In this document: positions 12,141-23,786 of the stretch, piece after piece
Layout: the number at the start of each line of letters is the position of its first letter
How positions within the stretch are numbered: the stretch's first letter is position 1
Source: the human T2T-CHM13v2.0 reference genome, Homo sapiens
NCBI RefSeq assembly: GCF_009914755.1
Contig: NC_060927.1
Length of the DNA stretch: 64,000 nucleotides
Direction: 5' to 3' (one strand)
Position numbers and translations under genes: made by a program
The notes under the pieces: generated by a model
Databases searched by the model: none
What the model was told of the DNA's origin: nothing
The model's input: only the letters and a program-made list of their open reading frames with translations

Positions 12141-12669
12141 ATAAATCACTTTTTAAAAAGTGACCATAATTGGTGTCTATAACAGTACTATATTTCCTTG
12201 TGAGCAGATTATTTTATTTTTGTACTTGTTTATATAATTGTATTTGCAACAATTTTGTGTTGTTTGGCTTTTGATGTTTTAGCTACATGCATCTGAATCC
12301 TATTCCTACATTTGGGGAATTTTCAAATTTTGTACCTTATCTATTGCTGCACTCCAAACCACTCCAAAACAACAGCCATTTTATATGTTCCTGATTATCC
12401 AAGTTAGTAGTTTGGGCTAGGTTCAGCTGAGTGGTCCTTCTACTCTTGCCACTTATGAATTTGAGCCTTTGTTCCAGATCACACAAGCATCAAAAGTTTC
12501 ACTTGTTCCTCTTTATGCTATTGGAGTCCCTCTGTTTATGGCAAGCCTTACCCTCAGTCCCTGCACAGACTCAACAGATACTCCCCCAGGGAAAAAAGTA
12601 GTTGAAAAATTCAGCTTACCCAGGAAAAGCGCTTATCTGTCTGGTGTGTTAGTTCATCAATTTCTTTGA

Positions 12670-12871
12670 CTCTAACGCTCCTGCTTCTCTGTTATGAAGA
12701 TCCTTGTGATTACATTAGGCCCGCCTGGATAATCCAGGATATTTTCCCCATTTCAAGATCCTTAACTTATTCACATCTGCACAGTCCCTTTTAGCATGTA
12801 ACACATTCACAGGTTCCAAGGATTCAAATGTTGACATCTTTTGAGGGAGAGGGCTATTATTCAGCGTACCA
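12670..12871 (-). mobile_element. MLT1 LTR 5' fragment
   Basis: Reverse complement begins GTGGTACGCTGAATAATAGCCC and includes the GTGATTACATTAGGCCC..CTGGATAATCCAGGAT MLT1 signature. Confidence 0.7.
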
Positions 12872-14400
12872 CGGAAGGCCTGTTACCACTCTTATTATTA
12901 CACTCTCAAAAAGCCCAAGGAATACCGGGCCATCATTTTTTAAATTGGACTTAATTTTCTAGACACAAGTCCCTACGTCTTAACAACAATCCTTGGGTAT
13001 ATCTTTCTTATATTGCAATTCTATAACCCAAGGACTGAACTACTGAATTTCTGTAACTGAAGGATTTCTGGACTTTTTCTTAATGTGTACGTCTTTGAGG
13101 GTTGGTGTGGATGAAGCAGGGATGGCAAATAGTATTTGTACATTACTATATGCTTTTAAGAAAGCAGGCCACAATTTTTCAAAGTCATGCTACAAGTTTC
13201 AGCGTGGAAAGAGCTCCATTTATCAAAGATTTATTACATATTTCTCACACATGAATGGAAAATTCTCGTCAAAAATTTCAGCCAGGAAGCTAGGGTTAGA
13301 GGAAAAGCAATGAACTCCACCAAGGTCCTTCTTTGTCTCCCTGCAGTAAGCCCTTTCTCTAACAAAGAGCTATTTTATTGATTTATTTATTTTTGTCTAT
13401 TTGTAATTGACAGAAAGGAGCAAAAAGACCTTTGCTAACTTGTTTTGTTTTTAAGAATGTGGATCTACATTATGACAGAGGTCACTAACTTTCCAACCCA
13501 TGTCAAAAGCAGATCATGCCTCTAGTTAAAGAAATACTAAACATCACCACCTGGTAGGGGAAAACATAAAGGAAATTTAAGAGACTAGTTCCTTTTTGCA
13601 AACTGTATACCCAAGATGATGTGTGCAGAAAATTAACCTGCTCTGTGTTAAATCTCCAGAGAAGATTTGTTTAAAATCTCTTTTAGTAACTCCAGTGTTT
13701 TTTCAACATCTTAGAATTTCAGTGTTTCCAGGTTTGTGAAATGCCCCTGGGTGAATGATATTCTAAATGCCAAGGACACTGAAAGTTTCAAAACAGGTTG
13801 CCTTCCTGAGATCCAAATTTAAATAACCATCCTCATAAAAATCTTTGGAAAATACTGAAGCTACAAAGGAAAATAATAATAAACTTTTAAGTTTGAGGAT
13901 TCGACATTTTGAGAAAATATATATGATGACTATTTATAACACCTTTTGCAGGTATACAATAAATTTGTTGGTTTAAGAATATACAAGTATATTATGTTTA
14001 ACTTGGTTTTATTGGCATATTTAGAGAGATCATAAACCCCCCAAAATTGAAAAAAGGTATCCTTCCAGTTTTAAAACAAGGTCACCATGAAAAATATTTC
14101 CCTTGCCTTCTAATTTTACTATTTCCTCCAAGCTTTCATAGATTATACTCTTTGCAAATAATATTCAAAATTGTGAGGCTGCAGCGCTGTCATTTTGAAT
14201 GGAAAATATTCACTGGATCCATACACGTTTGTTATTTTGGCCAGTACTGATGAATTATAAGTCGGAAGACTGGTTTTGGAGCCCAGAGTTTTAAAAATGT
14301 CCAAGGATTTTATTGAAAAACTAATATTACTGAAAGTATATAAGAAGTAGTAAGTATGTAAGTAAGAAAGTATGTGAGAAGTAAGCACTTGTACTGGTTA

Positions 14401-15017
14401 TTTTACTAGAAAGGTGTCCTGATCCAGACTCGAAAGAGGGTTATTGGATTTTATGCAAGAAAGAATTCAGGTGCGTTCACAGAATAAAGTGAAAGCAAGT
14501 GTATTAAGAAAATAAAGGAATAAAAGAAGGGCTGCTGCTTCATAGAATATCCCCCAGGGGCTACTGGTGGCCATTTTTATGGTTATTTCTTTATTATATG
14601 CTAAACAAGGGGTGGATTATTTATGAGTTTCCCAGGAAAGGGGCAGGGATTTCCTGGAACTGAGGGTTAGAACATATATGATATCTTTCAGACATTACCA
14701 TGACATTTGTAAAGTGTCATAGTGCTGGCCAGAGTGTCTTTTAGCATGCTAATACATTATAATTAACATAATGAGCAGTGAGGATGACCGGAGGTCACTT
14801 TCATTATCATCTGGGATTTGGCAGGTTTTGGCTGGCTTCTTTACTGCATCCTGTTTTATCAATGCGGTCTTTGTGACCTGTATCATGTGCCGGCCTTCTA
14901 TCTCATCCTGTGACTAAGAATGCCTAACCTGCTGGAAATGCAGCCCAGCCCGTCTCAGCTTCATTGTACCCAGCCCTGATTCAAGATGGAGCTGCTCTGG
15001 TTCAAAAGCTTCTGAGA
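14401..15017 (-). mobile_element. MER41B-like solo LTR (ERV1)
   Basis: Minus strand begins T(C)TCAGAAGCTTTTGAACCAGAGCAGCTCCATCTTGAAT..GGGCTGGGTA, the MER41 5' signature. 4-bp TSD GTTA at 14397-14400 and 15018-15021. Confidence 0.88.
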
Positions 15018-15190
15018 GTTATATTTTTAGGAAATTGGGATGATTTTGATCTGAGGGACAAGCAAAGGAGTGGTTCCTTACAAAAAACAGATTCAGGAGT
15101 ATATAAATAATCAGAGCCCTTCCTGCCTCTTCTACTTCTTTTCAATCCTCAGACATTTTAGTGTCCCCCCCATCAGTAGCGTAAGACAGG

Positions 15191-17490
15191 TGATATGGTT
15201 TGACTGTCTGCTCCTAAATCTCATCTTGAATTTTAGTTCCCATAAACCCATTATGTCATGGGAGGGACCCAGTGGGAGGTAATTGAATCATTGGGCTGGT
15301 TATCCCCATGCTGTTCTTGTGATAGTGAGTTCTCATGAGATCTGTTGGTTTTATAAGGGGCTCTTCCCCCCTTTGGTTGGCACTTCACTCCTCCGCTGCC
15401 CTGTGAAGAGGTGCCTTTTGCCATGATTCTGAGTTACCTCAGGCCTCCCTAGCCACATGGAACTGTGTGTCAACCTCTTTCCTTTATAAATTCCCCAGTC
15501 ACAGGTATGTCTTTATGAGCAGCATGAAAATGAATGAATACAGTAAATTTGTACCGAGGTAATGGGGTGCTGCTATAAAGATACCCAAAAATGTGGAAGT
15601 GACTTTGAAACTGGGTAACGGGCAGAGGTTGGAACAGTTTGGAGGGCTCAGAAGACAGGAAAATGTGGGAAAGTTTGGAACTTCCTAGAGACTTAGAGGG
15701 TTCAGAAGACAAGAAGATGTGGGAAGGTTTGGAATTTCCTAGAGACTTGTTAAATGGCTTTAACCAAAATGCTGATAGTGATCCAGACAATGAAGTCCAG
15801 TCTAAGGTGGTCTCAGATGGAGATGAGGAACTTGTTGGGAACTGGAGGAAGGTGACTCTTGCTATGCTTTAGCAAAGAGACTGGTGGCCTTTTGCCCCCA
15901 CCCTAGAGATCTGTGGAACTTTGAACTTGAGAGAGATGATTTAGGGTATTTGGCAGAAGAAATTTCCAAGTGGCAAAGTGTTCAAGAGGAAGCAGACCAT
16001 AAAAGTTTGGAAAATTTGCAGCTTGATGATGTGATAGAAAAGAAAAACTCACTTTCTGGTGAGAAATTCAAGCTGGCTGCATAAATTTCCATAAGCAATG
16101 AGGATCTCAATGTTAATCACCGAGACAATGGGGAAAATGTCTCCAGGGCAAGTCTGAGACCTTTGCGTAGCCCCTTCCATGACAGGCCTGGAAACCTAGG
16201 AGAGAAATATGGCTTCCTGGGCCAGGCCCAGAGTCCCCCTGCTCTGTGCAGCCTCCAGACATGGTGCCCTGCATCCCAGCTGCTTCAGCTCCATCTGTGG
16301 CTATAAGGGACCAAGGTATACCTCAGGCCATTGCTTCAGAGGGTGCAAGCCTCAAGCCTTGGCAGCTTACACATGGTGTTGGGCCCACAGGTGCACAGAA
16401 GTCAAGAATTAGGATGGGGAACCTCCACCTAGATTTCAGAGGATGCATGGAAATACCTGGATGTCCAGGCAGAGGTATGCTGCAGGGGTGGAGCCTTCAT
16501 GGAGAACCTCTGCTAGGGCAGTGCAGAGGGAAATGTAGGGTGGGAGCCACCACACAGAGTCCCCACTGGGGCACTGCCTAGTGGAGCTGTGAGAAGAGGG
16601 CTACCGTCCTTCAGACCCCAGAGTAGTAGATCCACTGACAGATTGCCCCACATGCCTGGAAAAGCCACAGACACTCAATGCCAGCCTGTAAAAGCAGCCC
16701 GGAGGAGGGCTGTACCCTGCAAAGCCACAGGGGCAGAGTTGCCCAAGGCCATGGGAGACCACCTCTTGCATCAGCATCATCTGGATGTGAGACATGGAGT
16801 GAAAGGAGATCATTTTAAAACTTTAAGGTTTAATGACTGCCCTATTGGATTTCTGACTTGCATAGGGCCTGTAGCCCCTTTGTTTTGGCCAATTTCTCCC
16901 ATTTGGAACAGGTGTATTTACTCAATGCCTATACCCTCACTCTATGTAGGAAGTAACTAACTTGCTTTCAATTTTCCAGGCTCGTAGGCAGAAGGGACTT
17001 ACCTTGTCTCAGATGAGACTTTGGACTTGAATTTTTTGGTTAATACTGGAATAAGCTAAGACTTTGTGGGGACTGTTGGAAAAGCATGATTGTATTTTGA
17101 AATGTGAGGATGTCAGATTTGGGAGGAGCCAGGGGTGGAATGATATGGTTTGGCTGCGTCCCCACCCAAATCTTATCTAGAATTATAGTTCCCATAATCC
17201 CCGTGTGTCATGGGAGTGATCCAGTGGGAGGTAATTGAATCATGGGTGGGGGGGTGTGCGGTTACTGCCATGCTGTTCTCATGATACTGAATGAGTTTTC
17301 ACAAGATCTGATGGTTTTATAATAGGCTCTTCCCCCTTCACTTGGCACTTCTCTCTCTTGCTGCCCTGTGAAGAGGTGCCTTCCACCACGATTGTAAGTT
17401 TCTTGAGGCCTTCCCAGCCATGTGGAGTCAATTAAACCTGTCTTCTTTATAAATTACCTAGTCTTGGGTATTTCTTCACTGCAGTGTGAA
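15191..17490 (+). mobile_element. THE1C-like MaLR provirus (LTR 15191-15542, internal 15543-17140, LTR 17141-~17490)
   Basis: Two TGATATGGTTTG-initiated LTRs flank a ~1.6 kb THE1 internal region with a polypurine tract GGAGGAGCCAGGGGTGGAA. The last ~14 nt of the 3' LTR are missing. Confidence 0.92.
15444..15456 (+). promoter_or_regulatory. PRDM9 (A-allele) 13-mer hotspot motif CCTCCCTAGCCAC in a THE1 LTR
   Basis: Exact match to CCTCCCTNNCCAC / CCNCCNTNNCCNC. Confidence 0.8.
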
Positions 17491-18215
17491 AGGGTCCCCA
17501 ACCCCTGGGCTGAGGACTGGTACTGGTCCATGACCTGTTAGGAACTGGGCTGCACAAGCAGGAGGTGAACAGTGGGTGATTGCGCATTATCTCTGAGCTC
17601 CACCTTCTTTCAGATTAGCAGCAACCTTAGATTCTCATAGAAGCATGAACCCTATTGTGAACTGCACATGCAAGAGATCAAGGTTGCCTGCTCCTTATGA
17701 AAAATCTAATGCCTGATGATCTGAGGTGGAACAGCTTCATCCTGGAACCATCCTCCCACCCCTCTCCCTGTCCATGAAAAAACTGTCTTCCACAAAACTG
17801 GTCCCTGGTGCCAAAAATGTTGGGGACTACTGGTGTAAGAGATCTAGAACATACATATGCCAGAAGTAAATTTGATTTCCTCCGTAGAGATAGAAGACCA
17901 AAGGAAAGTGATGAAAGACCAGAGACCCAATTGCTGATTCTCGTTATCAGCACCTTGATTTACTTTGATGTATACATAGTGGATGGGTGCTTGCTTTTTT
18001 GTTTATACTATAATGTAATATAACACTTTGATTTGGTGAGAATGCAGAGCACATATCTTAAAATTTTCACTTCAATACATTATTATTTGCATTTATATAA
18101 GATGACAAGTATGATTTTTATATGGTATAAATATTTTTTCAAAAAAGTCTTTTTTCTATTCTACCTTATGGCCAATAGAAGTCTGAACTGTAACCTTAAG
18201 TTATTTATGTAGTGA

Positions 18216-18539
<324 letters not shown>

Positions 18540-18682
18540 GGGAATTTCTTAATTTCACTAAATATTTAGTGTATAATGACAAATTAGTCAGGGTGCTCGC
18601 CCTTTTGGATCACATGGTCTACTGAAAGAAATGTGATTATTATAGTCTAATAAGGGCCATGATGGAGGTATGTTTTAATACC

Positions 18683-18813
18683 TAACATTTATTGAATGCT
18701 TACTCAGTGCCTAGGTTCTACATATATGATTAATTCTTACAATTACTTTATGAGTTAGATACAATTACTGTCTCCATTAATGCAAATGAGAAACTGAGGC
18801 TTAGAGAGATTAA
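18683..18813 (-). mobile_element. MIR fragment
   Basis: TAACATTTATTGAATGCTTAC...AAATGAGAAACTGAGGCTTAGAGAGATTAA. Confidence 0.75.
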
Positions 18814-21582
18814 AAGCATAGAGAATTTGAGTAATGTCAAATAATTTACTATGACTGACATTTAGATTATGGTAGAGGTATCCTTTATTGTGGAATGGAA
18901 TTGACTCATGAGATTAGTTTTCATAGGCTAGTTGAAATATCACCTAATATAGCTAATCTCTGTTTCAATTTCAGTTTTAATCATCACACTGTGGTCTGCT
19001 TGTCTGACTCCCTTGATACAATGTGCTGCCCATTCGTTAGGGCCTGAGAGTGGCAGCAGCAGAGGCCAAGGGAGGTATGGAGAGGGTAAGAAAACTCTTA
19101 AGAAAACAGGAGCTAAAGTTCCTGTAACAATAATAGATGCATGGAAGAAAAGAAAAGCCTAAAGTAGGATCCTCCCATGAAGAAAGCAAAGAGAGGAGAT
19201 TTCTTAAAACAATAACAACAAGGTAAAAAATGAAGCCACAGGGATGCCAAACCCCTTTGCCATATTGGAAGTTTTAGCCCTTAACATTGGAACCCAGCAA
19301 TGCTTTTAACCTTGATCTACATAATCTTTCTTCATTTCATGGTTTTGGTGAAAGAGGAAGCCTCAAGCCTCCTTTGAAGCCTGCAATGTAGTACAAATAA
19401 TAATCATCCTATGGAAGCATATAGAATAGGCATTAACTAGGTATTAAGGGTGACAGAATTATTTAAGCCATTTTCAAACTTTCTCTATTTTTTTAGTCAA
19501 TACTATCATTTAAAGTAGTGAATTGGTGATTTGGGCTGAATAATAAATTTAGTTTTTCTGACTAGTGGCTATATTACACTCAATTTAGTTCTGAACGACC
19601 ATTATATTTATTTCTTTGTTTTATTTTCAAATCTAGTTCCCATGGTGGTCCCCTTTTACTGAGAAAATAATCAGATAATCATTTCAGAGCCACTAAATTG
19701 TACAAACCAGAAACACTATTGAATTAGTCAGGACTCCACATTTGCAAGTAGAAGAAACCCAACTCAGATTAATTTAAATAAGAAAGGATACTGCATTAAT
19801 TTACAGTGAAGAAGGGACCTCCAGTGATGTCACCAGCAATCAATCTATCCTGCTTTCTTTCCCAGTGCTGCTTTGCTTCACTTCGACTTTATTCTCCGGT
19901 GAGCACTCGCCATGTAATGGCAAAGATGTTAATGAAAACTTTAGGCATATATTACATGATCTTCATCACAAACTCTTTAAATAATAAATGTATTGGTTCA
20001 CATAACAGCTAAAAATCCAGATGTAGTGAAGCTTTGGATGTGGTTTGATCAAACTCTCTGGGATTCTCTTAGCTCTTCTTTATGTGTCAGCTGTAGCTGT
20101 AATGGTTCTAGTCCTCACAGATGCACACTACATCAATCAGACCAAGAAACAAATCTTTCCCCTCAGTTATTGACAGAAGTCCTGTATTTCATTCTGTGGG
20201 GACCAATTTAGGTCATTGCCCATCCTGGACTCAATATCTAGGGAAAGAGGGATAAGAGCTCTCTTGACGGATTGGCTTATACTAAACAGGATAAGCCACC
20301 TCTGGACTTGAGGGTTGTGTCTGTTCTACTAAAGTAAAATGGCTGCCATATAATGAGTGACAAGTGAGGTGGATACTGGATAATGTAATACTCATGATCC
20401 CAGAAAGATAGAATGCATATTTCTCTATTGTTTCAGCAAAAGTCCTGGAGGTGCTTCCCATTGGGGAAGTTCCCACTGGTTGATTCAAGCCTCAAGCTCA
20501 TCTAGGTCCAATTGAACTAAAAGTAGGGTGAGTGAGTCTCCATAGGCAGAAAGTAGTATTGGGATCAAGCCAAACAATATTTGTGTGTGATAATATGCTT
20601 GTAGAACACGTCTGCACTTGCCCTATGTTATATCCTTGGTGAAAATAAATCTTGTCTACTGCCATGGACACAGAGACTAGAAAAATTACATTTCAGAATT
20701 CTTGAACAGTAACAGCTGAATTTTTATTTAGAATATGAAATGATTAGATAATATTTTCTAATGGAAGGGAAAATTGGATATTTCTAGAAGTAGCATTTCT
20801 TAGAATGAAACAGTATCTGTTTTTCTGGAAATGAAAGGTACAAGAGAATAAATCATGTTTTGAAAGAAATTGGTAGAAAAAGTTTCTCTCAATTGTTTCA
20901 TAAGATGTAAGATTTAGCATGGCTTTCAAAGGACAGAAAGGCAGTGGTGACTGATATATGGACTTCAATCTAATAAGAAAGGACACGCAGGAGAGTCTCT
21001 GAGATTAGGAAGAATAATTAGGCAAAATTTTTAATTAGAAAAAATAGCAAGTATTTTGATCCTGAATACATTTTTAAAATATATTGTTGCCTTTCTTGTT
21101 TCTGTATTGAATATTTTTTAAGTTAAAGTTGAATTTTAAAAGTTGTAAAACTTTTAAATTCAGTTTCAGATTCAAGTATAGACTTAAAGAGAAGGATCAA
21201 AGTTGTAAGATGTAATTTAAGAATATTGCTAAATAAAATACTTCCGAGGTAACCTGCCTTTGATTTATCTTTTCTATTAAAGATTAATACCTTGAAATGT
21301 CAAAATAGCATAGACTTGAGAAAAATTTAAGCCTTGTAGAGTTACTCTGTATACTTACCTATAACAAGCCTCTAGTGTGCTGGCAGAATGCAGTGTGCAG
21401 ATGAAGGCTGAGAGATAATATCCCACCTCTTCTGCTTCAGCTTCCCAGAGTGGGTGTGGCTAGTGGAGGGGAGTTCATACAACTGACAATATGCTTGCCC
21501 AATATTTTCTGGCTAACCCTCATTTCTCACAATGACTCTTTGTAGGCTTTTTTGTTGTTGTTGTTTTTCATTTCACCTCCAG

Positions 21583-21703
21583 GTATGATTTTTATTTTTG
21601 CAAAGAACTGAGGGATGAAAAGTTTTGCCAGCAGATATTTGGTGTTGTGAACACGTAGAAGTGGTCTAAGGAAGTTACTGGCCTAGTCTCTGCTCTAGTG
21701 GAG
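21583..21703 (+). other. Candidate exon of a plus-strand (divergent) non-coding transcript
   Basis: Long pyrimidine tract ending TTTCATTTCACCTCCAG, perfect donor GAG|GTAAGT, 121 nt. Confidence 0.4.
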
Positions 21704-23357
21704 GTAAGTCAAATGCTGGAGAAAATAATAGATTAGTTAAACTATTCTGTTCTTTCTGCTGTCAAGGAAGCCATCTTGTAGGACATCCCACACCTGAAAG
21801 AAAGAATTCAGCTGTAATTTTTGAAAATAGCACATAACAAATACATTTTGGTATAATTTTAAAATTGATTTTAGAGAGAATTTTGGGACTGCTGTCAATC
21901 CAATTTATGTTCTTCCTGAGGATCTCAATGTGTTAGATGTCTGTGTTAGCTTCCTGGAGAAGATAGATATTTCTGCTGTTAAGGAGCTAATAGTCTCACT
22001 AGATAGGAAGACAGGCATACAACATGCAACAAAAGACACAATAGAGCATGTAATCAATGGCTGTTTTGTTAGTTATTTTAATTTCCAGCCATGGACTTAC
22101 TGGGGGTTTTTATTAGAATTCATTTAGCGATAAGAGAGATGGGATGTCATGGAGCTCCAGGGTAAAAGTTCATGCCACACATGAATAGGAAGATAGGAGC
22201 TGGAGTCTTGTTCTGGATTCAAGGGAGCTTGAAGGATCCCTGCACCAGTGGTCTACCATTGACATACTGTGGCTACTCTCTGAGGTTACTTTTCTCTCTG
22301 TCTTCTACCCCTTACTCCTGTTCTAGAGCTCAAGTTCAAATTTCTGAGACTAAATCTGTTTGACATAGCTAATTATTCAAATCTCATTTAGGCTGAGCTT
22401 TCTCACCCAGCCACTGGCTAATGGGTGAATTAGCTGGTGTTGTGTCAGGTGACTGTTCCTGACTTCCTTATCTGTGGCCAGGGGTGTTTCTTAGAATTGG
22501 GGATGGGGGAGTGTGATCTCTGATGAAGGACACAACTCCCTTGGGATGCCCCTTCCACAGTGCTGTGTGTTAGTGTGTGGCAGGGTCCCATAACCAACAC
22601 AAAAATTGCAGTAAGCATGTAGCTAGTAAATTCTCTGGGAGATCAAAGAACAAAGTATTTGATGTGGAATTGATAACCTAATGAGACTCCATGTCAAGGA
22701 AGGATTGGCACCATGTCCTGAATGATCAACAATAATCTAACTTAAAAGAGTAGGGAGGAGAGAATCTAATATAAAAGTATTGGCCTGGATAATAACTACA
22801 AGCAGGCCTTATCTTTACCCATTTTTTAATATAACTTTAAAAAATCTGACTGGGAGCCCAAAAACGCTCATAGCATTTAATTAGTCTGATTAGCACTAAT
22901 TTTCTGGTTCTGGAGGTGAGGCCAGGAGCAGTTTTTTTCTCACCACTGAGTGGGTCTTTACACAAAGATATGTCTCAGGGTAGAGATTAATATAAGCTGA
23001 CTTTTGGCCACTTCCTGCCTCACAGTAATTAGACAGGAAGCTTCCTAGCAAAGAGACAGAGTTAAGAAATACAGTTTCTTACCACTCCAGGAAAGGTACA
23101 TATTAATTCCCTTTGCTTCTGCATCCACTGGTAGAAGCCATATTTGCCAACAGCTTTGCACTTCCATAGTATGGTTATTCTAAGCACCTAGGTGGAAACC
23201 AAGTTCTCTTACTGGACAGAACTCTTGTATTGGGCTACCTCATAAGTTGATAGCCACAGTAGAAGGTTGCTGTTGGATCAGATGCTGATTCCTGACTCAG
23301 TCAATGGTATGAAGGAGTGTGATTCTGTGGTTCACAGCAAGGAGAAGCTGTGGCAGT

Positions 23358-23786
23358 GTGGTAATTTGCATTAATGGAGTTATTTACTCATTCTGTATCT
23401 GTGCCATTTGCCATGGGACTTTGCATTCCTCCTGCTGAAGAGGCAGAATATATTTTCTCATTATTTGATTAAATTTTGTGCTTGGTCACGTGACTTATTT
23501 TGGCCAAAAGAATGACACATGCCAGAGTCTCAGTGAAGAGGACTTGTGTGTTTCTTCTTATCTTTGTGCATTTCTGCCATTGCCAAAGGAAAAACAGGCC
23601 TGTACCAGCTTTCTGGGCCAGAAAAGAATGAGAGACGTATAGGGTATACATAAGTGTTTCAGCTGGATCACCCCTATGGGCCCACCCTAGATCAGCTAAC
23701 CTCTAGTGAACCAACTGATGTATGGGCTCAATAAATACCACTGAGATTTAGGGGTCCTTTGTCACATAGCAAGAGTTAACTGACAT
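23358..23786 (+). mobile_element. Old MLT1 (H/I-like) LTR
   Basis: TGTGGTAATTTGC...TTGGTCACGTGACTTATTTTGGCCAA...CCACTGAGATTTAGGGG..TTTGTCACATAGCAA..AACTGACA. Confidence 0.65.

Larger units (their letters stand above)
15187..17832 (+). mobile_element. MER1B (hAT-Charlie), split by the THE1 insertion (15187-15190 plus 17492-17832)
   Basis: CAGG|...GGGTCCCCAACCCC start and GTTGGGGACTACTG end. 8-bp hAT-type TSD GCGTAAGA (15179-15186) / GTGTAAGA (17833-17840). Confidence 0.85.

Noticed and set aside
13544-13560. CTCF-like motif (CTACCAGGTGGTG on the minus strand)
   Set aside because: Two mismatches at informative positions; too weak without ChIP data.
21130-21162. 14-15 bp AT-rich hairpin (TGAATTTTAAAAGTT..AACTTTTAAATTCA)
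   Set aside because: Short and low-complexity; plausible by chance in AT-rich DNA.
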